Position numbers and translations under genes: made by a program
In this document: one piece after another, positions 48,685 to 56,705 of the stretch
How the letters are laid out: every line of letters begins with the position of its first letter
Numbering within the stretch: the stretch's first letter is position 1
Source of the DNA: Anaerolineales bacterium
Lineage (GTDB): Bacteria > Chloroflexota > Anaerolineae > Anaerolineales > E44-bin32
NCBI GenBank assembly: GCA_035693825.1
Contig: DASSGB010000099.1
Location: forward strand, 1-63,933
Length of the DNA stretch: 63,933 nt
Direction of reading: 5' to 3'
The notes under the pieces: model-generated
Told to the model about the DNA's origin: nothing
Database searches by the model: none
What the model saw: the letters and a program-made list of their open reading frames with translations, nothing else

Positions 48685-49128
48685 TCATGGCTGCCCGTGA
48701 GTCAGTTGAGCCCGCACCACCACACGGCTTCGAGAAGCCATCTCCAGATCCGCCGGCCTGGGGCGACCCGCCTCGTCCAGCCCTATTCCCAGAGGGCGCG
48801 CCAGAGACGGCTCACGGGCGACGATTTGCGCCAGCCCTCGCATGACATCGGCCTGCGACTCATCCACATGGGCAACGGCCTCGTGCCGGGCGCCCGCCAC
48901 CAGGAGTTCCACCGTCACGGGGCGCCCGCGCAGGTTGCGCCACCACGTGCGCGATCGGAAGCTGACCACCAGCAGTTCGTCCCCAACTCGCACGTAGTTC
49001 ACGGGCGTCGTCAGCCTGCGGCCGGTCTTCCGGCCGCGCACGCTGATCAGCATCGTGTTGCCACTGATCCATCCGTGGAGCGGCGAGCGCAACAGACTCG
49101 CCATGATCGGATTGAACCACATGCTCAT
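48685..49128 (-). CDS. Deazaflavin (F420)-dependent nitroreductase/quinone reductase family protein
   Basis: LLRSPLH, GRKTGR..TTPV, WWRNL motifs. Confidence 0.78.
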   Translation of the reverse strand: MSMWFNPIMASLLRSPLHGWISGNTMLISVRGRKTGRRLTTPVNYVRVGDELLVVSFRSRTWWRNLRGRPVTVELLVAGARHEAVAHVDESQADVMRGLAQIVAREPSLARPLGIGLDEAGRPRPADLEMASRSRVVVRAQLTHGQP

Positions 49129-49200
49129 CTCGACGTCGGGGGCCCGCAGGGAGCATACATCCGGCAAGCGACTCGGGTCACGTTGCTATCAGGTGGTCCC

Positions 49201-49222
49201 CGACTACCCTCTCGGGTAGTCG
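49201..49222. promoter_or_regulatory. Perfect inverted repeat, candidate operator in a divergent promoter
   Basis: CGACTACCC-tctc-GGGTAGTCG. Confidence 0.5.
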
Positions 49223-49316
49223 TCCCGCGCAAGCAGGGCTCGATCGCCGGGAGAAACAAGCCGGCCCCCACATCGTTCTTGGTAGCAACCTGAGCGGGAG
49301 GCCTGAGCAGGCCGCG

Positions 49317-49322
49317 TATAAT
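49317..49322 (+). promoter_or_regulatory. -10 box for the SARP-like regulator
   Basis: Consensus TATAAT 66 nt upstream of ATG 49389 in high-GC DNA. Confidence 0.55.
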
Positions 49323-49388
49323 GCCGTCCGCGGGCTCACCCGTCCGGACCCGCCCTCGCCGGGCCCCACCCCCGCCGGCGGCCGTCAA

Positions 49389-52241
49389 ATGGGATTGCGT
49401 CTCTTCCTCCTCGGCCCGATGCGGGCCTACGTCGACGAGGCGGCCATCAAGCTGCCGCCTCGCTCTCGGCTCCTTTCGCTGTGGGGATACCTGCTCGTCC
49501 ATCGCTCGCGGCCCATGCCGCGCAACTTGCTGGCGTATACCTTCTGGCCGGACGAGTCCGAGGAGGAAGCCCGGCTCAACCTGCGGCGCCATCTTCACCG
49601 GTTGGCGCAACTGCTACCGGCCACCGAGCCTGCGATCTCCTGGATTGTCAGCGACCGCAGCACCGTCCAATGGAATCCCTCAGCCGATGCCTGGTTGGAC
49701 CTGGCTGACTTCGAACGCGTGCGAACAGATCCGGCTCGCCTGGTCGAAGCCGCCGACCTGTACACCGGCGACCTGCTGGAGGGCATCTACGACGACTGGG
49801 TCTTCGCCGAAAGGGAACGGCTGCGCGACGCATACTCCCAGGTCCTGCACCAGCTCGTCGAGCGATCCGAGGCGGAGAAGGACTACCGGCAGGCGATCCT
49901 CTTCGCCCAGCGTCTCTTGCGCCACGATCCCCTGCGCGAGGAAACCTACCGGACCTTGATGCGGCTGCATGCCCAGAGCGGCGATCGAGCCGGTCTGGTG
50001 CGGCATTTCAACGCCTGCGTCACCGTCCTGCAGCGAGAGCTTCACGTCGAGCCGAGCCTCGAGACGCGCCAGGCGTATGAGGCGTACCTGTCGCAGGATG
50101 TTCCCGGCGGCGAGGCCGCACCGCCTCCAGCCAGATCCGGACCGGCTCAGCGCCACAATCTGCCGGCGCGGCTGACGAGTTTCATCGGCCGCCGGCGCGA
50201 GTTGGAGGAGATGCGCGGATTGCTGGCGAAGACGCGCCTGCTGACACTGACCGGCATCGGCGGCGTGGGCAAGACGCGCCTCGCCCTAGCGCTGGCGGAA
50301 GCGAATCTCAACCGATTCGCCGACGGCGTGTGGTGGGTGGACCTGGCGCCACTCTCGGATCCTTCGCTGCTGGGTCAGGCCGTCGCCTCCGCCATGGGTC
50401 TTCGCGAACAGTCCACGCGCCCCATCGACCAGGCCCTGGCCGACGCGGTCCACACCAAGGACATGCTGATCGTGCTGGATTCCTGCGAGCATCTGGTGGC
50501 GGACTGCGCCCGGCTGGTCGAGGGACTCCTGCGCGAGGGCCCACGGATGCGCTTCCTGACGACCTCCACAGAACCGTTGGGCGTGCCCGGCGAGGTGGTG
50601 TGGCAGGTCCCGCCGTTGAGTCTGCCGGAACCGGTGGAGTCCGGCGAGGCCGCGCCGCCGGTGGAGTTGGGACCGGAGGCCTCGGCCAGCGTGCGGTTGT
50701 TCGCCGATCGCGCCGCGGCCGTCCTTCCCACCTTTCGACTGACTCCGGGCAATTTGCCGTCTGTGGTGCGTCTGTGTCGCGCGCTGGACGGCATTCCTCT
50801 GGCTTTGGAGCTGGCGGCAGCCCGCATGAAGATGCTCTCGGTCGACCAGCTGGTCGAGCGCCTCGACGATCGATTCCGTCTTCTTACCGGAGGCAGCCGC
50901 ACCGCCCTGCCCAGGCACCGCACCCTGCGGGCCGTGCTCGACTGGAGCTACGGCTTGCTCTCCGAAACCGAACGGGCGCTGCTTCGCCGGCTGTCGTTGT
51001 TCGTCGGCGGCTTCACGCTCGAGTCGGCCGAAGCCGTTTGCCTCGGCGACCCGGTGACCGCCGATCAGATTCTCCAGCTGCTGTCGGAGCTGGTCGACAG
51101 GTCGCTGGTGATGGTCTCTCGCGAAGATCCGGCCCGCGTCCGATACGGCCTCCTGGAGACCGTCGGGCATTACGCGCGCGAGAAACTCGTCGAGTCCGGG
51201 GAAGCCGACCGGGTGCAGGCGGCTTTCGTCGCCTACTGGCTGAACCTCGTGGAAGAAGCCGGCGATCGCCTGCTTCGAGGACCCGATCAAGAGAAATGGT
51301 TCTGGGTCATCGGGCAGGAATACGCCAACCTGCGCAGCACGATGAGCTACGCCGAGGGAGCCGGTGACATGGTCACCCTGGCGCGGTTGACCAGCCGATT
51401 GTGGCCATTCTGGTGGACCCACGGCTACGTCGCCGAGGGCCGGCGATGGTTGGAGATCATCCTGCCTCGTCGGGCAACGTTGCCGGAGGAGTTGAAGGCC
51501 AACGTGCTGCATGCGGCCGGACGGTTGATGTCGCTCCAGGGAGACTACGCCCTGGCCGGCGAATTGCTCGATGAGAATCTGGCCATCTGCCGAAAGCTCG
51601 GCGACCTTTCCCTGATCGCCGACGCCCTGTCGAGCCGGGGCGTGGTCGCCAGCAATCTCCAGGACTACGATCGCGCCGACGAGATCTGGAAGGATGCGCT
51701 GCAAGTCTACGAGGCTCAGGGCGATCGATGGGGCGTGGCCCGGGCGCTGAACAACCTGGGCGATCTCTCGGTCTATCGCGGCGACTATGCCGGGGCGATC
51801 GAGCATCTTCAGAAAAGCGTCAACCTCTTCCGCGAGCTGCGCTCCACTCTGGGCGAATCCATCTCCTTGATCAACCTGGGCCGCGCCGCGTTGCTCCTGG
51901 GCAAGGCCCAACGCGCGGCGCTCTTCTTCCGCGAAAGCCTCCAGTTGAAGGTCGCCCTGGCCGACAAGGAGGGCATTGCCTGGAATCTGGAGGGCCTGGC
52001 CGGGGTGGCCGGCGCGGAAGGCCAGGCCGATCGGGCGGCGCGCCTCTTCGGAGCCGCTGACACACTAAGGAAGGCCATCGGCATCCCCCTGCCAGCGCCC
52101 GACCTTCCCATGTACGAGCGGATGGTGGACAAGGCCCGCCTCACCACCGAACCCGCCCGGTGGCAGGCTTCCTGGAAAGAGGGGGAAGCTATGGACACCG
52201 AGCAGGCCCTGGCCTACGCCCTGGGCTCAAGCTCGGTCTAG
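49389..52241 (+). CDS. AfsR/SARP-like regulator: winged HTH, BTAD, NB-ARC (STAND) ATPase, TPR repeats
   Basis: LFLLGP, FWPD, LYTGDLLEG, DPLREE, NLPARLTSFIGR, TGIGGVGKTRLA, LDGIPLALELAAAR, RHRTLRAVLDWSY, ALNNLG. Confidence 0.92.
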   Translation: MGLRLFLLGPMRAYVDEAAIKLPPRSRLLSLWGYLLVHRSRPMPRNLLAYTFWPDESEEEARLNLRRHLHRLAQLLPATEPAISWIVSDRSTVQWNPSADAWLDLADFERVRTDPARLVEAADLYTGDLLEGIYDDWVFAERERLRDAYSQVLHQLVERSEAEKDYRQAILFAQRLLRHDPLREETYRTLMRLHAQSGDRAGLVRHFNACVTVLQRELHVEPSLETRQAYEAYLSQDVPGGEAAPPPARSGPAQRHNLPARLTSFIGRRRELEEMRGLLAKTRLLTLTGIGGVGKTRLALALAEANLNRFADGVWWVDLAPLSDPSLLGQAVASAMGLREQSTRPIDQALADAVHTKDMLIVLDSCEHLVADCARLVEGLLREGPRMRFLTTSTEPLGVPGEVVWQVPPLSLPEPVESGEAAPPVELGPEASASVRLFADRAAAVLPTFRLTPGNLPSVVRLCRALDGIPLALELAAARMKMLSVDQLVERLDDRFRLLTGGSRTALPRHRTLRAVLDWSYGLLSETERALLRRLSLFVGGFTLESAEAVCLGDPVTADQILQLLSELVDRSLVMVSREDPARVRYGLLETVGHYAREKLVESGEADRVQAAFVAYWLNLVEEAGDRLLRGPDQEKWFWVIGQEYANLRSTMSYAEGAGDMVTLARLTSRLWPFWWTHGYVAEGRRWLEIILPRRATLPEELKANVLHAAGRLMSLQGDYALAGELLDENLAICRKLGDLSLIADALSSRGVVASNLQDYDRADEIWKDALQVYEAQGDRWGVARALNNLGDLSVYRGDYAGAIEHLQKSVNLFRELRSTLGESISLINLGRAALLLGKAQRAALFFRESLQLKVALADKEGIAWNLEGLAGVAGAEGQADRAARLFGAADTLRKAIGIPLPAPDLPMYERMVDKARLTTEPARWQASWKEGEAMDTEQALAYALGSSSV

Positions 52242-52268
52242 GCCCCGAACCACCGACCTCGGTTCCCC

Positions 52269-52316
52269 GCTTTCGGACCTTCTTGCGACGCTTTGGGGAC
52301 GGCCAGCGGCTACGCT
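52269..52316 (+). promoter_or_regulatory. Three 11-bp-periodic direct repeats plus -10 box (candidate SARP-activated promoter)
   Basis: gctttcgGACc / ttcttgcGACg / ctttgggGACg with GAC at 52276, 52287 and 52298; TACGCT at 52311-52316. Confidence 0.6.
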
Positions 52317-52363
52317 GGTGGCTATACCGGGGTCCCCGTGGACTCTTTCTGGAGAAGGCCTCC

Positions 52364-52600
52364 TTGGGCGCACCATCTGAAGGCACCCAACATCTTTTCA
52401 TTGTTCGTATCTGGACCGATCCCGGCCAGTCGCCTCCCAAGCTGACCCGCGGCCTCATCGAGCACATCCCCAGCGGCGAACGTCGCTACTTCCTGGAGTG
52501 GAGCGAGATGCAGGCTTTCCTCAGCGGAAGATTGGCGACGCTGCCCCTGGAAAAAGGGACGGGCGAGGATCCGTTGCTATCTGCGGAACGAGAGGTCTAG
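52364..52600 (+). CDS. Small hypothetical cytoplasmic protein (FIVRIW..RG.IEH..SGE..YF type)
   Basis: GGAGAAGG RBS and TTG start; the motif pattern resembles small hypothetical proteins recalled from Chloroflexota (not verified). Confidence 0.65.
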   Translation: MGAPSEGTQHLFIVRIWTDPGQSPPKLTRGLIEHIPSGERRYFLEWSEMQAFLSGRLATLPLEKGTGEDPLLSAEREV

Positions 52601-52642
52601 TTGCCCTTGCGCATCCAGGCGGTCATCACACACGCAGGTTCG

Positions 52643-53404
52643 ATGGTCCGTCACCCGCTCGTCCGAATCGCAATCATTCTGATCGCGGCTTCGATCGCCT
52701 GCGGCCTCCCCCGCGGCGCGGCTCCGCCCGCCACGGTCATCGAACCGACGATCCGGCCCCTGCCTGCCGCCACCAGCGTTCCGGCAGGGCCGTCCTCCAG
52801 CCCGTCGCCTGCCGCACCGCTCGCTTTCCGGGACGACTTCGACGGTGCGCTGGATGATTCGTGGTCGTGGTTGAACGAAGACCCCTCGGCCTGGTCCCTG
52901 AGCGCTACTCCCGGCTGGCTTCGCATCGGTCTGTCGCAAAGCGGCTTCCTGACTGCTCCTCCATCGAACGTTCTCCTCCGTCCGGCGCCGGATGGCGATT
53001 TCGACCTGCGAACATGGGTCCGGGTATCGCCCTCGCGCAACTTCGAGCTCGCCGGGTTGATCGTCTACTTCGGCGACGGCGCGGTCCTGCAGTTCGGCCA
53101 TGGTTTCTGTGATGTCTCCGGAGCCTGCGCGGGCGACGGCTATTACTACGACAGCCTTGAGGCAGGTTCCGCCGTCGGCGGGAATTTCGCCTCGGCCGGA
53201 TTCGGCGGATCGGAAGATCTGCTGCGGCTCGTCCGCCGCGGCAACACCTACACCGCGTACTACCTCGTCGACGATACGACCTGGATCGAGGTCGGAAGCC
53301 ACATGGTCGATCGGGCTCCGATCTCGGTCGGTCTGATCGCAGCTCAGGCTCCGGCGGCAGGGACCTTCGCCGAGTTTGACTACTTCGAAACCGTGGCCGA
53401 GTGA
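52643..53404 (+). CDS. Lipoprotein with concanavalin A-like (GH43 C-terminal / DUF1349-like) domain
   Basis: SIAC lipobox, P/T linker, DDFDG.LD..WSWLNE, AGLIVY, LRLVRRGNTYTAYY, AEFDYF. Confidence 0.75.
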   Translation: MVRHPLVRIAIILIAASIACGLPRGAAPPATVIEPTIRPLPAATSVPAGPSSSPSPAAPLAFRDDFDGALDDSWSWLNEDPSAWSLSATPGWLRIGLSQSGFLTAPPSNVLLRPAPDGDFDLRTWVRVSPSRNFELAGLIVYFGDGAVLQFGHGFCDVSGACAGDGYYYDSLEAGSAVGGNFASAGFGGSEDLLRLVRRGNTYTAYYLVDDTTWIEVGSHMVDRAPISVGLIAAQAPAAGTFAEFDYFETVAE

Positions 53405-53410
53405 CGGCAA

Positions 53411-55702
53411 ATGACTTCTGCGCGGGCGCACACGCGTACCCCGTGCTCACTGGCGACGGCCCTCCTGGCCCCGGCTGTGCTGCTCGCCGCCTGCGCCACA
53501 CGCGGCGATCAAGATCTGGCGCCGACCATCCTCGAGCCCACCGTCCGACCTACGCAGGGAACCGACGCCACCGCTTCAGCCCCGGCGAACATCGCCCTTG
53601 GCCGGGCGGTCGCAGCCTCGGCCTCACTTCCCGACGATCCTGCTGCGGCCGCGGTCGACGGCGATCCGGAGACCATCTGGAATTCCGGCGGCGATCCCGT
53701 GCAGTGGATCGAGATCGACCTCGGCGCGACGTTCAGCATCGACCGCCTCGTCCTCATGGTTGCGCAATCACCGGCAGGGGTCACGACACACCGGGTCACC
53801 GGCCGCGGCGAAGGCGGCCAGGACCAGCTGCTGCACGAATTCCGCGGCGCGACCGAAGACGGCCGGCAGCTTGAGGCCTCCGGACTTTTGCAGGGGACAG
53901 CCGTCCGCTTCCTCAAGATCGAAACCACCGAAAGCCCTTCGTGGGTAGCCTGGCGCGAGATCGAGGTGTACGGGACCCCGGCCACCGAGGCCGAGCAGGC
54001 TCCCCCCAGTGTGATCTTCTACAACGGCAACCTGTTGACAATGGAGGCCGACCAGCCTTCGGCTCAGGCCATCGCCGTCCGCGGCGAGGTTATCGCCGCC
54101 GTGGGCACGGACGCAGACGTGCTCGCCCTCGCCGGCCCGGCGACTCAGATCGTCGATCTCGAGGGGCGCAGCCTCACCCCGGGCTTCATCGACTCCCACT
54201 CCCACCGCATTCCTCAGCGCTACAAATGGGGCTTTGAGAGAGGCGAAGAGGCCGTCCGGGAGGCCCTGCGTCAAGGATGGACCGGGCTCAGCGAGGCAGC
54301 GCTCAACGAAGATGAGTGGAACGATCTGCGAGACCTGGCCGACGGAGGCCTCCTTTCGATTCGCGTGGACGCGTACTTGTTGTTCGATACGTTCGAGGGC
54401 GATCCCCTGCCCGAGTGGTACAACGCCTATCGGCCCGGCCAGATGTTCGGGCCGACCCTGCGCGCCGCCGGGCTGAAGTTCTTCATCGACTTCAATTCAG
54501 GCCGCCAACTCCTCTTCGATCCACCCGGACTTGCAGAGGCGCTTCGGGCTCGACGCGCCGAAGGCTGGCAGGTGGCGATGAAAGCCATCGGAGCCGAGTC
54601 GCACGAGCTGGCCCTGGACGCCATCGAACTGGCCGAGGGCGGCGAAAACACCCAGGCGGCGCGCTATCGCCTCGAGCACGCGCTGGCCCAGACCGCCGAG
54701 CAGCAGAACCGAATGGCACGCATGGGCGTGATCGGGGCGATCCAGCCGGGGCTCATCGGCGTCGTCGCCCACTGGCCCGACATCCAGGCGCTCATCGCCG
54801 AGCAGGGCGCCGAGAACATGAGCAACTGGAGGCGGATGGCCGACACCGGAGTGCGAATGGCGGGCGGCCCCTTCAACCCTGACGGAGTCGACGAAGAGTA
54901 CACCACCGACTCGCACATGTCACCCATGGGCGTTATCTACCGCGGTGTGACGCAGATCGGCCCCGGAGGCCGGTTGCCACAGCCGTGGATGGTCGAGCAT
55001 GCCCTGACCGTCGAGGAGATTCTGCGGCTGCTCACCCTGGACGCCGCATATGCCGTCTTCCAAGAAGACACTCGCGGAAGCCTGGCGCCCGGGAAATTGG
55101 CCGACCTGGTGATCCTGTCGGCGGACCCTCGAACGGCCGGTGTCGAAGGCCTGCTCACGATCGAGACTTTGATGACGATGGTCGGGGGCCAAATGTCCTG
55201 GTGTGCGCCCGGCGCGGAAGCACTATGCTCAGGTAGCCAGACGTCTGCACCACCGACCTCCGGTGGCGAGGCCGTCATCCCCGCCTGGCCAATCCTTCGA
55301 GCCGGCAGCCAGGGCCCGGAGGTGGCCGCCCTTCAGTACCTTCTCCGCCATCACGGTCACGACATCCCGGCCGATGGACTCTTCGGTCCTGTGACAGAGC
55401 AAGCCGTCGAGGACTTTCAGACCCAAAAGGGATTGACGGTGGATGGCCAGGTCGGGGGCCAGACGTGGACGGCTGTGGTGGAGGGCATCGTCCTTCAAGT
55501 CGGGAGCAGCGGCGAGGCGGTGCGGGCGGCCCAGCATCTGCTTCTCGAGAAGTTCGGTTACGCAGAAATCGTCGTGGACGGCCTCTTCGGTCGAGTGACC
55601 GAGTCGGCGTTGATGGATTTCCAGGCGAACCACGGCCTGGCCGCCGACGGGATGATCGGCGCGGCTCAGACATGGCCGGCGATGATCTCGATCCAGCCCT
55701 AA
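53411..55702 (+). CDS. Lipoprotein: F5/8-type C (discoidin) + amidohydrolase_3 (YtcJ-like) + two peptidoglycan-binding domains
   Basis: LAAC lipobox; NIALGR..AVDGD..WIEIDLG..EIEVYG; DLEGRSLTPGFIDSHSH, RLEHA, GSLAPGKLADLVILS; GSQGPEVAALQ..DGLFGPVTE.AV.DFQ repeated twice. Confidence 0.82.
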   Translation: MTSARAHTRTPCSLATALLAPAVLLAACATRGDQDLAPTILEPTVRPTQGTDATASAPANIALGRAVAASASLPDDPAAAAVDGDPETIWNSGGDPVQWIEIDLGATFSIDRLVLMVAQSPAGVTTHRVTGRGEGGQDQLLHEFRGATEDGRQLEASGLLQGTAVRFLKIETTESPSWVAWREIEVYGTPATEAEQAPPSVIFYNGNLLTMEADQPSAQAIAVRGEVIAAVGTDADVLALAGPATQIVDLEGRSLTPGFIDSHSHRIPQRYKWGFERGEEAVREALRQGWTGLSEAALNEDEWNDLRDLADGGLLSIRVDAYLLFDTFEGDPLPEWYNAYRPGQMFGPTLRAAGLKFFIDFNSGRQLLFDPPGLAEALRARRAEGWQVAMKAIGAESHELALDAIELAEGGENTQAARYRLEHALAQTAEQQNRMARMGVIGAIQPGLIGVVAHWPDIQALIAEQGAENMSNWRRMADTGVRMAGGPFNPDGVDEEYTTDSHMSPMGVIYRGVTQIGPGGRLPQPWMVEHALTVEEILRLLTLDAAYAVFQEDTRGSLAPGKLADLVILSADPRTAGVEGLLTIETLMTMVGGQMSWCAPGAEALCSGSQTSAPPTSGGEAVIPAWPILRAGSQGPEVAALQYLLRHHGHDIPADGLFGPVTEQAVEDFQTQKGLTVDGQVGGQTWTAVVEGIVLQVGSSGEAVRAAQHLLLEKFGYAEIVVDGLFGRVTESALMDFQANHGLAADGMIGAAQTWPAMISIQP

Positions 55703-55728
55703 CCTCGGGTCCGGGCCAGGAGGGACTG

Positions 55729-56655
55729 ATGAAGACTGTGCGAACGACATCGTCGGGCACCATCCGGACCGGGTTGCTCAGCCTGGCGATAGCCCTGGGC
55801 CTCAGCAGCTGCAGTCCATCGGGCCCGCAGGCCTGGATCGACGCACCCATGCACGAGAGCGTGCATCCTGTGGAGGCCATGGAAATCTTTCTGCACGCAG
55901 CCGATCCCGGCGGCGTGGCCATGATCGAACTCAGCGTGAATGGAGAGGTCCTCAGCCGGCGGCCGCCGGACGATACCGACTCGGCCCTCACGACCTTCAG
56001 CGCCGAGTGGGATCCGCAGGAAGCCGGTCTGTACGTCCTCACGGCAAGGGCCCAGAACCAAGGCGGAGAGTGGGGGGCGCCGACGAACAACGAGGTCACT
56101 CTCATCGGTCCACAGGTTGCGGATGTGGTCGAGCCTTTGGAGATCACGCCCAGCCTCACCCCCACGGCCACCGCTTCCGCGACGGCCACGGCCACGGCTA
56201 CACCCACATCCACCTCAACGCCGACGGCCCCCCTCGGAGGCCTCTCGGATGTCTCCATCTCCACGCACCAGGTCTACTTCGGCCTGGATACCTGCGACCC
56301 GCTCAGCGTCACCTTCGGAGTCCGGGCTACGCATCCTTCGGGAGTCCGGGCGGTCGTGTTTTTCCATCGGCTGCGCAATCCGCAGAGTGGCGACGTGACC
56401 GATTGGTCTTCGGGCGTGGCCATGCCCGGCGGCCGGAGCGGCTACTTCAGCCTGGCGATGAGCGGCGATCGCCTGGCCGGAGACATGGCCTGGAATGAGT
56501 CCGAGGTTCAGTACCAATTCGTCCTTCAGCCGCAGTCGGGAGCGATGACCCGCTCGCCGGTCTTCTCCGACCTCAGCCTGGGACGATGCGGGCTCATCTT
56601 CTTCCCTCCGATGGTGTTGTCCACGCCCACCCTCACTCCGATCGTGCCTCACTGA
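55729..56655 (+). CDS. Lipoprotein with Ig-like domain and T/P/A-rich linker
   Basis: AGGAGG RBS, LSSC lipobox, IELSVNG..G.YVLTARA.N Ig-like pattern. Confidence 0.75.
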   Translation: MKTVRTTSSGTIRTGLLSLAIALGLSSCSPSGPQAWIDAPMHESVHPVEAMEIFLHAADPGGVAMIELSVNGEVLSRRPPDDTDSALTTFSAEWDPQEAGLYVLTARAQNQGGEWGAPTNNEVTLIGPQVADVVEPLEITPSLTPTATASATATATATPTSTSTPTAPLGGLSDVSISTHQVYFGLDTCDPLSVTFGVRATHPSGVRAVVFFHRLRNPQSGDVTDWSSGVAMPGGRSGYFSLAMSGDRLAGDMAWNESEVQYQFVLQPQSGAMTRSPVFSDLSLGRCGLIFFPPMVLSTPTLTPIVPH

Positions 56656-56705
56656 GAGCGAGTGATGGATGAACCAGTCGCAGGCGGCAAAGGCGGGGGA
56701 TCATC

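Noticed and set aside
49389..52241. NB-ARC/TPR protein as an Avs-type antiphage system
   Set aside because: The N-terminus is a DNA-binding HTH-BTAD rather than a nuclease or other effector; it fits AfsR-like transcription regulators.
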